64,000 nt of DNA, taken from positions 870,075 to 934,074 of the forward strand of contig CAVXVA010000001.1 of assembly GCA_963765075.1 (NCBI GenBank), written 5' to 3'. This document shows positions 18,501-28,069 of this stretch, piece by piece. Origin of the DNA: an uncultured Acidimicrobiia bacterium. GTDB taxonomy: Bacteria; Actinomycetota; Acidimicrobiia; IMCC26256; JAENVU01. Both the position numbers and the translations under genes were made by a program. The notes beneath the pieces were generated by a model. The model did not search any database, was not told the DNA's origin, and worked only from the letters and a program-made list of their open reading frames with translations. Position 1 is the first letter of the stretch, and each line of letters starts with the position of its first letter.

Positions 18501-19645
18501 GCGACGACGTCGCGATCATCGGCATCGGCATGCATCCGTTCGGACGGCACCCGGGAGTCGAGGGGATCGATCAAGGGGTGGTGGCAGTGCGGCGGGCGCT
18601 CGTCGACGCCGGGCTCCAATGGAGCGACGTCGAGTTCGCGTTCGGCGGGAGCCAAGCCGCCGGCGCCGCCGACGTGATGGTGTCCAAGCTCGGGTTGACC
18701 GGCCTGCAGTTCATCAATGTCTCCAACGGCTGCGCGACGGGAGGTTCCGCGTTGTTCTCGGCCTACAACTCCATCCGCGCCGGGATGTTCGACATCGGCA
18801 TGGCAGTCGGTTTCGACAAGCACGAGCGGGGCGCGTTTCGAGTCGACCTCAAGGAGAACGGCCTCGAGGAGTGGTACGGGGAGTCCGGCCTCGCACTGAC
18901 GACTCAGTTCTTCGGCATGAAGATCAACCGGTACCTGCACGACTACGACATCAGCATCGACACGCTGGCGCGGGTCGCGAACAAGGCGAGCCGCAACGGC
19001 GCGGCGAACCCGATGGCGTGGCGCCAGAAGGAACTCTCGACCGACGAGATCCAGGCGTCGCCGATGGTGGCCTGGCCACTGACCCAGTACATGTTCTGCT
19101 CGCCGGCCGAGGGCGGCGTGGCCTTGATCCTCTGCCGGGGTGACCGCGCTCGCGAGTTCACCGACACGCCGATCTTCCTCCGGGCCGCCGCCGTGCGCTC
19201 ACGCCGCTTCGGCTCCTTCGAGGTGATGGCGCCACATCTCGCGACCGAGCGCGGCGACGGGCCGACCATCGACGCGTCCAAGGCCGCCTTCGAGATGGCA
19301 GGGATCGGCCCGGACGACATCGACCTCGCCCAACTCCAGGACACCGAGGTCGGCGCGGAGATCATGCACATGGCGGAGAACGGTTTCTGCGAGCACGGCG
19401 AACAAGAACAGATGATCCGTGACGGTGACACCGAGATCGGCGGTCGATTCCCGGTGAACACCGATGGCGGCTGCCTCGCCAACGGCGAGCCGGTAGGCGC
19501 CACCGGCCTCCGGCAGGTCTACGAGAATGTGGTGCAGCTCCGAGGCACCGGCGGGGCCCGTCAGGTGGCCGGAAACCCTCGGGTCGCGTACACGCACGTC
19601 TACGGTTCGCCGGGCATCTCCAGCGTCACGATTCTGAGTCGCTGA
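18497..19645 (+). CDS. Thiolase-fold (SCP-x/lipid-transfer type) protein
   Basis: 382 aa. ...NVSNGCATGGSAL... holds the active-site Cys, and the C-terminus is ...NTDGGCLANGEPVGATGL.... Pairing with DUF35 is typical. Confidence 0.85.
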   Translation: MSDDVAIIGIGMHPFGRHPGVEGIDQGVVAVRRALVDAGLQWSDVEFAFGGSQAAGAADVMVSKLGLTGLQFINVSNGCATGGSALFSAYNSIRAGMFDIGMAVGFDKHERGAFRVDLKENGLEEWYGESGLALTTQFFGMKINRYLHDYDISIDTLARVANKASRNGAANPMAWRQKELSTDEIQASPMVAWPLTQYMFCSPAEGGVALILCRGDRAREFTDTPIFLRAAAVRSRRFGSFEVMAPHLATERGDGPTIDASKAAFEMAGIGPDDIDLAQLQDTEVGAEIMHMAENGFCEHGEQEQMIRDGDTEIGGRFPVNTDGGCLANGEPVGATGLRQVYENVVQLRGTGGARQVAGNPRVAYTHVYGSPGISSVTILSR

Positions 19646-19647
19646 CC

Positions 19648-20352
19648 ATGACCCGCGTTCGATCCGTCGATCTGGGCAGCTCGTTCCTGGCTCACCTGGA
19701 TGGGGTATGCGAGTTGCTGCTCGTGCGGCACGGCGAGCAACAACTGCGAACCAACATGGCGATGGCCGACGCCGTGGATGCCCCGCTCTCGGACCTCGGC
19801 CGGCGCCAGGCCGAGGCCGTGGCCCGACGCCTGGCCGCGGTCGGAGTAGATGCCGTGTACAGCTCGACGATGGATCGGGCTCGCAGCACGGCACGCGCGA
19901 TCGCCGCGCCGCACGCGCTGGAAGTGAGCGAGGTGGCCGAGTTGGTCGAGATCGACTTGTGGCGCGACCTGCCCCAACACGAAGGCTTGCTCGATGCGCT
20001 CGACCGGGATGAACTGCGCCGGATCATGCGCGAAGGAAATCGGACCCAGCGGTGGGACGCCTACCCGTACGCGGAACCGAGCAAGGAGTTCCGGGCCCGC
20101 ATCGTCGACGCCATCGACGGCATCGTCGAACGCCACGAGGGAGATCGAGTCGTGGTGGCCTGCCACAGTGGGGTCATCAACGGATACCTTGCCCATGTCA
20201 TGGCGTCATCGCTCGACACCCCGTGCACGCTGCACCACACGTCAGTGAGCACGGTGCGGGCGATGGGAGATCAGCGCCGGGTGGTCCAGGTCAACGACTT
20301 CGACCATGTCCGGTCCTTCCAAGACCGACTCGACCCGATCAACGCCCTCTGA
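19648..20352 (+). CDS. Histidine phosphatase (phosphoglycerate mutase-like) family protein
   Basis: LLLVRHGEQ (RHG motif) and ...VVACHSGVING... are present. Confidence 0.8.
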   Translation: MTRVRSVDLGSSFLAHLDGVCELLLVRHGEQQLRTNMAMADAVDAPLSDLGRRQAEAVARRLAAVGVDAVYSSTMDRARSTARAIAAPHALEVSEVAELVEIDLWRDLPQHEGLLDALDRDELRRIMREGNRTQRWDAYPYAEPSKEFRARIVDAIDGIVERHEGDRVVVACHSGVINGYLAHVMASSLDTPCTLHHTSVSTVRAMGDQRRVVQVNDFDHVRSFQDRLDPINAL

Positions 20353-20355
20353 TCG

Positions 20356-21900
20356 ATGCCCACCTTCTCCGCAGATCTGGCCCGCAGTCGACCCGACGAA
20401 CCGGCGCTGGTCGACGGCGACCGAGCACTCGGCTGGGCGGAAGTCGATTCGATCCTCAACCGGGTCGCGAATGCAATGCTCGGCACCGACCTGGGGTCCG
20501 AACATCGAATCGCCGTCTTCGCCGAGAACGCGGCGGAGACCGCGCTCGCCCACTTGGGCGGTCTGCTCGGTGGTGCGTCGAGCGTCCCGGTCAACTTCCA
20601 CCTGACGGCGGACGAGACCGCCTACATCCTCGACGACTCCCAGACCGCCGTGCTCTTCGTTGGTCCCGAGACTGCGCAGCGGGGTCTCGACGCGGCGCGG
20701 CTCGCCGGCGTCACGACCGTGGTGGGTTGGGGACGCGATCTGCCCGACGGCGTGACGCCGTGGGCCGACTGGCTCGCCCGCTCCTCGGACGAAGATCCCC
20801 CCGAGGACGTCCGACCGCGTCCGAACCTGCTGTACACCTCGGGGACAACCGGTCGACCCAAAGGCACCGATCTGCCGCCCACGATGTTCGCCGGCGGCGA
20901 CACCATGACCGAGCACCTCGAGGCGCTCAAGACCGCTCGATTCGTCGAGTACGGCCCCCACCTCGTGGTCGGGCCGATGTACCACACGGGTCCGTTGTCC
21001 GGGATGCGGATCCTGGTGGCCGGCACACCGTCGGTCATCTTGGGTCGGTTCGACGCGGAGGCGACGCTCGCGGCAATCGATCGACATCGCACGCGCAGTG
21101 CGGTGATGGTGCCGACTCACTTCGTTCGCCTGCTGGCCCTCCCTCCCGAGGTACGGGATCGCTACGACGTGTCGTCGATGGAGTACGTCGCCCACACCGG
21201 AGCCAGCTGCCCGCTGGAGGTGAAGCGGGCGATGATCGATTGGTGGGGGCCCGTGTTCCTCGAGGCCTACGGCGCCAGCGAGGTGGGCACCACCTGCTCG
21301 ATCGACAGCCACGAATGGCTGGCTCATCCCGGATCGGTGGGTCAGGCGGATCCTCCCTTCGCAGCATTGATCGTGGACGAATCCGGACGAGAGCTTCCGC
21401 CGGGAGAGGAAGGTCGGCTGTACTTCCGTGACGCCTCCGGGCGGGGCGTCGTGTACCACAACGACCCGGTGAAATCGGCCGAGGCTCACCTCGCGCCCGG
21501 CGTCTTCACCCTCGGCGAGATGGCCCGGATGGACGCCGAGGGCTACGTCTACATCACGGACCGATTCTCCGACACCGTCGTCTCGGGTGGCGTCAATCTC
21601 TATCCGGCCGAGGCGGAGAACGTGCTCATCGAGCACCCCGCAGTCGTCGACATCGCCTGCATCGGAATCCCCGACGCCGAGATGGGTGAGTCACTCCACG
21701 CGCTGGTCATCCTGGTGGCGGGCACCGAACCCAACGGCGACGAACTCATCCGCTGGTGTCGGGAACGCCTCTCCGCGTTCAAGTGCCCGCGTTCGGTGGA
21801 GTTCGTCGACGACCTGGGCCGCAACGCGATGGGCAAGATCAGTCGGCGGGCGCTCCGTGCCCCCTACTGGGACCGCGGCGGCTCCGAGGCAAAGAACTAA
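20356..21900 (+). CDS. AMP-dependent acyl-CoA synthetase/ligase
   Basis: The AMP-binding motifs YTSGTTGRPKG, ...EAYGASE... and ...GEMARMDAEGYVYITDR... are present, with the C-terminal ...NAMGKISRRALR. Confidence 0.9.
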   Translation: MPTFSADLARSRPDEPALVDGDRALGWAEVDSILNRVANAMLGTDLGSEHRIAVFAENAAETALAHLGGLLGGASSVPVNFHLTADETAYILDDSQTAVLFVGPETAQRGLDAARLAGVTTVVGWGRDLPDGVTPWADWLARSSDEDPPEDVRPRPNLLYTSGTTGRPKGTDLPPTMFAGGDTMTEHLEALKTARFVEYGPHLVVGPMYHTGPLSGMRILVAGTPSVILGRFDAEATLAAIDRHRTRSAVMVPTHFVRLLALPPEVRDRYDVSSMEYVAHTGASCPLEVKRAMIDWWGPVFLEAYGASEVGTTCSIDSHEWLAHPGSVGQADPPFAALIVDESGRELPPGEEGRLYFRDASGRGVVYHNDPVKSAEAHLAPGVFTLGEMARMDAEGYVYITDRFSDTVVSGGVNLYPAEAENVLIEHPAVVDIACIGIPDAEMGESLHALVILVAGTEPNGDELIRWCRERLSAFKCPRSVEFVDDLGRNAMGKISRRALRAPYWDRGGSEAKN

Positions 21901-21914
21901 CCGCGCGGTTAGTA
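21895..21914. promoter_or_regulatory. Palindrome AACTAACC-GCGC-GGTTAGTa overlapping the stop codon of the CoA-ligase gene; candidate operator/internal promoter
   Basis: It has the same ACTAA-N8-TTAGT core and spacing as 14740-14761. TAGTAT (TANNNT) lies 40 nt upstream of the next ATG. A second imperfect hairpin follows at 21913-21943 (TATTCGCGTTTTCG...CGAAAGCGAATA). Confidence 0.45.
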
Positions 21915-21955
21915 TTCGCGTTTTCGTCAGCCGAAAGCGAATACAGGGGGCATCA

Positions 21956-22735
21956 ATGGGACAGCTCGACGGACGGGTGGCCTGTGTCACGGGCGGGACC
22001 CGCGGCATCGGACGCGCAGTGGCGGAGGCCTTTCTCCGAGAAGGAGCCAAGGTCGTCGTCAACGGCAAGGACCCGGCCAAAGGAGCAACGGCCGTCGCAG
22101 AAATGGGCGGCGGAGCCAACATTCACTTCATTGCCGGCGATGTCACCGAGCGGGCGGATTGCGAAGCGTTGATCCAAGGCACGGTCGATCACTTCGGGCG
22201 GATCGACATCCTTCACGCCAACGCCGGCGGTGCGGTCGGTCCCGGCCCGATCGCCGAGATGTCCGATGAGTCGATGGCCGACACGATGCAATGGAACTTC
22301 TGGCACACCTTCTGGACCATGCGGGCAGCACTGGGTCACATGATTCCGCAGGGTTCGGGCCGGATCATCGCGACCTCGTCGGTGGAGAGCAAGCGCGGCA
22401 CGCCGGGTCTGGCCGGCTACGCCACCTCGAAGGCGGCCATCAACGCGCTCGTCAAGACCGCGGCGCAGGAGGTCGGAACGCTCGGCATCACCGTGAACTC
22501 GGTGTGCCCGGGGGCGATCGAGACCGATTCCATGCGCGACGCCGCCCCCGCCGCGGCGGAGGCGATGGGGATGACGTACGAGGAGCTGAAAGCGATGTTC
22601 GCGGAGGGATCCGCGATCAAGCGGCTCAACGAGGTGGGCGAGGTCGCCGCGGTGGCGGTGTTGCTCGCTTCGGATGCCGGCGCCGGCATCACCGGGACCA
22701 ACCTGTCGATCGACGGCGGCACTTCTCCGTTCTGA
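21956..22735 (+). CDS. SDR family oxidoreductase
   Basis: MGQLDGRVACVTGGTRGIGRAVA, YATSKAA and NSVCPGAIET are present. ATG 21956 is preceded by CAGGGGG. Confidence 0.85.
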   Translation: MGQLDGRVACVTGGTRGIGRAVAEAFLREGAKVVVNGKDPAKGATAVAEMGGGANIHFIAGDVTERADCEALIQGTVDHFGRIDILHANAGGAVGPGPIAEMSDESMADTMQWNFWHTFWTMRAALGHMIPQGSGRIIATSSVESKRGTPGLAGYATSKAAINALVKTAAQEVGTLGITVNSVCPGAIETDSMRDAAPAAAEAMGMTYEELKAMFAEGSAIKRLNEVGEVAAVAVLLASDAGAGITGTNLSIDGGTSPF

Positions 22736-22767
22736 CCCTCAGGGACCGAGCATCGGGGACGACGGAC

Positions 22768-24507
22768 ATGCACGACGGATATCTCACCGACTGGCCGATC
22801 AGCGAGCGGTTTCCCCACTACACCCGCGCCAACGCGGGCGAGGTGATGGGCGATCCGGTCAGTCCGCTCGGGTGGACCTACGGCTGGGACGGGGCAATGG
22901 TCCTCGGAATGCGAGACGGGTGGATCCGCGGCGGGACCCACGAGATCGAGGACTTCGATCCGGACCATCCGGAGACCTTCGGCATGTTCGGTGGCTACTT
23001 CTATCTGAACCTGGCGAGCTGCCGACTCCAGGGAGTGCGCAACCCTGGGGTCACCGTCGAGCAACTCGACATTGCGTTCTTCGGCGATCACCCCGACGTG
23101 CCGCCCTACGTTGCCCATCCCGACGACGAGAAGCCGCATCTCGTCGAGAAGATCGAGGCCAATACCGCGTGGGCGATGGCGGCATCAACCTGGCCCGAAC
23201 TCGACGCGGACAAGGCCGGCGCCGATGCCCTACGGGAAAGTCGAGGGGACCTGAGCGCCGCGACCGACGCCGATCTGCTTGCCCGCGCCCGGACGATCCG
23301 TCCGATGCTCCGTCACCTGTTCGAACAACACGTGATCTCCGGTTCGAGCGCCGCGATCGGCCCGGGGATTCTCGCCGCCGTCGGCGATGGTATCGGTGAT
23401 CCCACGATTCCGATGAAGCTGCTCGCCGGCATCGGCGATATCGATTCCGCGTTGCCGAGTCACGCGCTCTGGGAAATGTCGCGCGCGATCCGCGCCGACA
23501 ATGAGCTGACCGCTGCTTTCGATGCCGGCCTGGACGGCGTCCTCGAACGCGTCGCCGGCATCGACTCCGACGCTGCTCGTTCGCTGCTCGCCGATTGGGA
23601 CTCGTTCATCGCGGCGTTCGGTTCGCGGGGCCCCAACGAGTGGGACATCCACGGAACCAGCTGGGAGACCGAACCGGCACTCCCACTCGCCGCGCTGGAC
23701 CGGGTGAGGTTCCAATCCGACGACGAGTCGCCCGCACGTCGGCATGCCGCGATCGCAGCCCAACGCGAGCAGATGACCGACGAAGTACGAGCGAAGGTGG
23801 CCGGCAACGAGGAGCTCGCCGGCATGCTCGAAGCCGCGCTCGTCGCGGCCAACATGATGGCCTACCGCGAGCGGACCAAGACCACGATCGTGAAGACCAT
23901 TCACGAGGCACGAACGGTCTTCCTCGAGCTGGGACGTCGCCACGCGGCCGCCGGGAATCTCGCCGATGCCGATCATGTCTTCATGCTCCTCGAACCCGAG
24001 CTCGAGGCATTCGTGGCCGATCCAGGATCCTTTCGCTCGGTGCTCAGCGATCGGGCCGACGACTACGCGGCGCGATGGGACCTCGTCCCGCCGTTCATCA
24101 TTCGCGACGGAAACCTGCCACCGACGAGTTCCTGGGAGCGGCGCACCGAGGCCGCGGCCAAGCCCGCGGCGGTCGCGGGGACCGAACTGGTCGGGATCTC
24201 GGGCTCGCCGGGCGTCGTGCGCGGGATCGCCCGCGTCGTGCTCGATCCCGGTGATCCCATGGGGCTCGAACCCGGCAACATCCTGGTCGCGCCCTATACC
24301 GACCCGTCGTGGACCCCCTTGTTCATGACCGCCGGCGGGGTCGTGGTCGATGTCGGTGGTCAGATCAGCCACGCGGTGATCGTGTCGCGCGAACTCGGCC
24401 TGCCGTGCGTCGTGTCCGCAACCGGTGCGACCGAGGTGATCCCGCAGGGTGCCACCATCGAAGTGAACGGCGACACCGGCGTCGTCACCGTCGTCGACGT
24501 TCCCTGA
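22768..24507 (+). CDS. PEP-utilising-enzyme mobile (phosphohistidine swivel) domain protein lacking an ATP-grasp domain (PpsA/RPH-middle-domain-like)
   Basis: The C-terminus is ...GSPGVVRGIARVV...ILVAPYTDPSWTPLFMTAGGVVVDVGGQISHAVIVSRELGLPCVV.... The preceding ~450 aa are helical and uncharacterised. The ATG at 22768 was chosen inside the longer ORF. Confidence 0.75.
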   Translation: MHDGYLTDWPISERFPHYTRANAGEVMGDPVSPLGWTYGWDGAMVLGMRDGWIRGGTHEIEDFDPDHPETFGMFGGYFYLNLASCRLQGVRNPGVTVEQLDIAFFGDHPDVPPYVAHPDDEKPHLVEKIEANTAWAMAASTWPELDADKAGADALRESRGDLSAATDADLLARARTIRPMLRHLFEQHVISGSSAAIGPGILAAVGDGIGDPTIPMKLLAGIGDIDSALPSHALWEMSRAIRADNELTAAFDAGLDGVLERVAGIDSDAARSLLADWDSFIAAFGSRGPNEWDIHGTSWETEPALPLAALDRVRFQSDDESPARRHAAIAAQREQMTDEVRAKVAGNEELAGMLEAALVAANMMAYRERTKTTIVKTIHEARTVFLELGRRHAAAGNLADADHVFMLLEPELEAFVADPGSFRSVLSDRADDYAARWDLVPPFIIRDGNLPPTSSWERRTEAAAKPAAVAGTELVGISGSPGVVRGIARVVLDPGDPMGLEPGNILVAPYTDPSWTPLFMTAGGVVVDVGGQISHAVIVSRELGLPCVVSATGATEVIPQGATIEVNGDTGVVTVVDVP

Positions 24508-24644
24508 TTCGACTTCGACACCGGTTCCGGACGGATTCGATCTCAACGACCCCGAGGTCCGCCGTCACCGGCGGTGAGTTCGACCGCATCAAGGCCGACC
24601 CCACGAGGGCGAGGTCCCGGCCCGGCTTCCCACGCGGCGCGGCG

Positions 24645-25251
24645 TCAGGGGCTGAGGCGCCCGACGGACCAGCCGGCGTCGGCGCGGCGAATAGACCACG
24701 CGGTCGTGGACCCGATCTGCACCGGCCCGCCAGAACTCGATTCGTTCCGGGGTGATCCGGTAGCCGCCCCAATATGGGGGCAACGGCACATCGCCGGGGT
24801 ACTCCGCCTCGGCGGCCGCGAGTTGGGCCTCGAGGGTGGCCCGATCCGGGATCGGCGCGCTCTGACGCGACGCCCACGCACCGAGCTGATGACCCCGCGG
24901 CCGCTGCGCGAAGTACGCCTCTGATTCGGTGGCGCTGACGCGCTCCGCCGTCCCCTCGATCCGGACCTGCGCGTCGAGTTGGGCCCAGTAGAGCACCGCG
25001 GCGATCGCCGAGTTCTCCGCGAGTTCGTGACCCTTCCGGCTCTCGTAGTTCGTATAGAAGACAAACCCGCGGTCATCGACGCCACGCAACAACACCACTC
25101 GAGCCGACGGATGACCGTCCGGCGTCGCCGTGGCGATGGTCATGGCCGCGGCGCGATCGCCGGTGGCGTCGACCGCGGCGGCATGCCAGGCCGCGAACTG
25201 GGCGAAGGGGTCGGGGTCGACGGTTCGTTCGTCCGGGGGATCGATCGGCAT
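24645..25251 (-). CDS. pdxH: Pyridoxamine 5'-phosphate oxidase, with an apparent 1-nt frameshift near the 3' end
   Basis: ...RVVLLRGVDDRGFVFYTNYESRKG...YFAQRPRGHQLGAWAS...PPYWGGYRI.PERIEFW...HDRVVY is canonical PdxH. The conserved tail RADAGWSVGRLSP-stop lies in another frame (TGA 24645-24647). The length is 607 nt (3n+1). The uninterrupted ORF runs to 24589. Confidence 0.8.
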
Positions 25252-25257
25252 CTCTTG

Positions 25258-25263
25258 ACCCTA
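25258..25263 (-). promoter_or_regulatory. -10-like hexamer TAGGGT, 6 nt upstream of the pdxH ATG (leaderless geometry)
   Basis: The minus-strand TAGGGT is followed by a 6-nt spacer and ATG at 25251. Confidence 0.3.
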
Positions 25264-25325
25264 CGCCGTGTGTGAGATTGCGGCCCTAGGCGACAGGGGT
25301 ATCGGATCTGAGCGAGAATCAGGGG

Positions 25326-25853
25326 ATGGGATTCCACCACCTCGCCATTGCCACCCGCGACCTCGAAGCAAACCACGCGTTCTACGAGGGCGCGATGGGT
25401 TTCACCCTCGATCGGGTGATCGCCGCGCCCACTCCCGAGCACGGCTGGGCCCGCCACGTGTTCTACGACACCGGGAACGGGGAACAGATCGCGTTCTGGG
25501 ACATCCACGACGACCCGAGCATCGGCGACTTCGAACCGTCGATCTCCAAGGGACTCGGGCTCCCCGAATGGACGAACCACATTGCCTTTGATGCCCCGAC
25601 CCTCGACGACCTCGCGTCGGCGCGGCGGCGATGGCTCGACCACGGTCTCTACGTCTACGAGATCGACCACGGCTGGTGCACGTCGATCTACACCACCGAC
25701 CCGAACGGCATCATGGTCGAGTTCTGTTGCACCACCGTCCCGGCGACCGCCGAGGTGCGTGCGGAGGCGCTGCGCCTCCTGACCGCCACGAAGCCCGACC
25801 TCGAGGCCGCGCCGACCGGCACGCTCTACGCGCCCGAAGGTGCACCGGCCTAA
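25326..25853 (+). CDS. VOC (glyoxalase/bleomycin resistance/dioxygenase) family protein
   Basis: MGFHHLAIATRDLEANHAFYEGAMGF... and ...NHIAFDAP...DPNGIMVEF are present. Confidence 0.8.
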   Translation: MGFHHLAIATRDLEANHAFYEGAMGFTLDRVIAAPTPEHGWARHVFYDTGNGEQIAFWDIHDDPSIGDFEPSISKGLGLPEWTNHIAFDAPTLDDLASARRRWLDHGLYVYEIDHGWCTSIYTTDPNGIMVEFCCTTVPATAEVRAEALRLLTATKPDLEAAPTGTLYAPEGAPA

Positions 25854-25885
25854 CTGCTCGCGGCGAGCGGACCCGACGAACTCGG

Positions 25886-27082
25886 TCAGCCGATCACGCC
25901 GGCATTGCGCAGGTCGGCCAGCGCAGATTCGTCGAGGCCGAGGAGCCGACCCAGCACCGCATCGGTGTCCGCACCGAGTTCGGGTCCGACCGAATGAATC
26001 GCGCCGGGCGTACGCGACAGTTTCGGCACGATCCCGGCCATCGGGACCGAGCGCTCGAAACCGGCCGCCAAACGCACGATCATCTCGCGGGCGGCGATGT
26101 GCGGATCGACCGCAAGATCCGGGGCAGTGTTGATCAGCCCGCACGGGATCGAGTGTTCGTCGAGCCGGGCGAGCACGTCATCCGCCGGCATCGTCATCGT
26201 CCACGACGCCACCTCGGTATCGAGTTCGATCTGGCCCGCCGCCCGTGCGGCATGGGTGGCGTAGGGCGCAGCGAGATCCGGTCGGCCCATGGCCACCACG
26301 AGGCGGGCGAACACCGCGTCGGCGTTCGCGGCGATGACGACGTCCCGCCCGTCGGCGGTCGGATACGCATTCGACGGCGCCACGCCGGGGAGGAACCCCC
26401 CACTGCGCCCGCGCACTTCGCCGCCGAGTTCGAAATCGGCGACGGTGGACTCCATCAATGCCATGACCGCTTCGTAGATCGCGACGTCGACCTCCTGGCC
26501 TCGGCCGGAGCGGCTCCGCTCGGTGACCGCGGCCAAGGTCCCGATGACCGCGAACAACGCCGCCAGCGAGTCGCCGAGCGAGATGCCCGCCCGCGCCGGC
26601 GGTCGATCGGCATCACCCGTCGTGTGCCGGATTCCGCCCATTGCCTCACCGATCGCACCGAATCCGGGCTCGTGGGCTCGCGGCCCGGTCTGGCCGAACC
26701 CCGATACGTGGGTGAGGACCAGGCCGGGGTTGGTCGCCCCGAGCGTCGGGTAGTCGAGGCCCCACTTCGCGAGCGTGCCGGGTTTGAAGTTCTCGATGAT
26801 GATGTCGACCTCGGCGCTCAGCCCGCGGATGAGTCCGCGCCCGGCGTCGGTCCGGAGATTGACGACGACCGACTTCTTGTTGCGCGCGATGGCCGGCCAC
26901 CAGAGTGATCGACCGTCGACCGTCACGCCCCAGGCGCGCATGGGATCCCCAACCGCCGGCGGTTCCACCTTGATCACTTCGGCGCCGAGATCACCGAGCA
27001 GTTGACCGGCGAACGGGCCGGCGATGAACGAGCCCAGTTCGAGCACGCGCAGCCCGGCGAGAGGAGTGGTCGTATCCGTCAC
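25886..27082 (-). CDS. CaiB/BaiF family III CoA-transferase
   Basis: LAGLRVLELGSFIAGPFAGQLLGDLGAEVIKVEPP... is present. GTG 27082 was chosen, and the 245-aa upstream extension of the ORF is rejected. Confidence 0.85.
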   Translation of the reverse strand: MTDTTTPLAGLRVLELGSFIAGPFAGQLLGDLGAEVIKVEPPAVGDPMRAWGVTVDGRSLWWPAIARNKKSVVVNLRTDAGRGLIRGLSAEVDIIIENFKPGTLAKWGLDYPTLGATNPGLVLTHVSGFGQTGPRAHEPGFGAIGEAMGGIRHTTGDADRPPARAGISLGDSLAALFAVIGTLAAVTERSRSGRGQEVDVAIYEAVMALMESTVADFELGGEVRGRSGGFLPGVAPSNAYPTADGRDVVIAANADAVFARLVVAMGRPDLAAPYATHAARAAGQIELDTEVASWTMTMPADDVLARLDEHSIPCGLINTAPDLAVDPHIAAREMIVRLAAGFERSVPMAGIVPKLSRTPGAIHSVGPELGADTDAVLGRLLGLDESALADLRNAGVIG

Positions 27083-27172
27083 GCGCCCCAGCCTGCCATC
27101 CGCACCCGACCCGATCAGGACCGAAGCCCGCGGCGGTAGGGTGCGGCCCCGCGAGCATCGAGGACTCCGCCC

Positions 27173-28066
27173 ATGAAAGTGCGAATCGGATACGGCTTCG
27201 GCGCACAGCGCGGATTCACCGCCGACGGATTCGGCGCAATGGTCGACGCGCTCGACCAACTCGGCTTCGACTCCCTCTGGCTTTCCGAACGCGTCACCGC
27301 CGACGCCCCCGATCCCGTCATCGGGCTCGCAGTCGCGGCGGGCCGGTCGAGCCGGCTGAAACTCGGGACCAGCGTGCAGGTCCTCCCGGGGCGCAATCCG
27401 GCACTCCTGGCCAAGGAACTTGCCACCCTCGACGTCTTGTCGGGCGGCCGATTCCTCCCGGCCTTCGGCCTCGGGATCGCCCACCCCGCCGAGCAACAGG
27501 CGTTCGGTATCGAGCGGGGCGAACGGGCCGCCTACTTCGAAGAGGCGCTCCCGCTTCTGCGCCGGTTCTGGCTCGAAGACGCGGTCGACCACGATGGGGA
27601 ACGCTTCCAGTACTCCGGGCTGCGAGTGCGTCCGCATCCGGTGCAACGGCCACCCGACATCTGGCTCGGTGGACGGGCGCCGGGCGAACTGCGCCGAGTG
27701 GGTCGTCTCGCCGACGGTTGGCTGGCATCGTTCTCGATGCCGACCGAGTGCGCCGCGGGCCGCACGGTGATCGAGACGACAGCAGCCGAACACCACCGCG
27801 AGATCGACCCCGAACATTTCGGCGCCATGATCTTCTATTCACCCGGGGAGATCCCCGAACCGATCCGCGCGTTGATCGCGCAACGCTCCCCCGCCGTCGA
27901 CCCGAACGAACTCGTTCCGAGCACGTTGGACCAGTTGGAGCGTCGTATCGGCGAGTACGTGGCGGTGGGATTCTCGAAACTGGTCCTGGTCCCCATGCAC
28001 AACCCCGAGCACTGGGCCGGGGAACTCGAACCGATCGCCGCGCGCGTCCGCCCGCTCGAGACCTGA
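27173..28066 (+). CDS. LLM-class (luciferase-like) F420-dependent oxidoreductase
   Basis: ...FDSLWLSERV...LKLGTSVQVLPGRNPALLAKELATLDVLSGGRF.PAFGLG... is present. Confidence 0.85.
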   Translation: MKVRIGYGFGAQRGFTADGFGAMVDALDQLGFDSLWLSERVTADAPDPVIGLAVAAGRSSRLKLGTSVQVLPGRNPALLAKELATLDVLSGGRFLPAFGLGIAHPAEQQAFGIERGERAAYFEEALPLLRRFWLEDAVDHDGERFQYSGLRVRPHPVQRPPDIWLGGRAPGELRRVGRLADGWLASFSMPTECAAGRTVIETTAAEHHREIDPEHFGAMIFYSPGEIPEPIRALIAQRSPAVDPNELVPSTLDQLERRIGEYVAVGFSKLVLVPMHNPEHWAGELEPIAARVRPLET

Positions 28067-28069
28067 CCG

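Noticed and set aside
24559-24574. Hairpin CCGCCG-tcac-CGGCGG between the convergent genes at 24.5 kb, as a bidirectional terminator.
   Set aside because: The stem is only 6 bp, there is no U/A tract on either side, and such GC hairpins are common by chance in this DNA.
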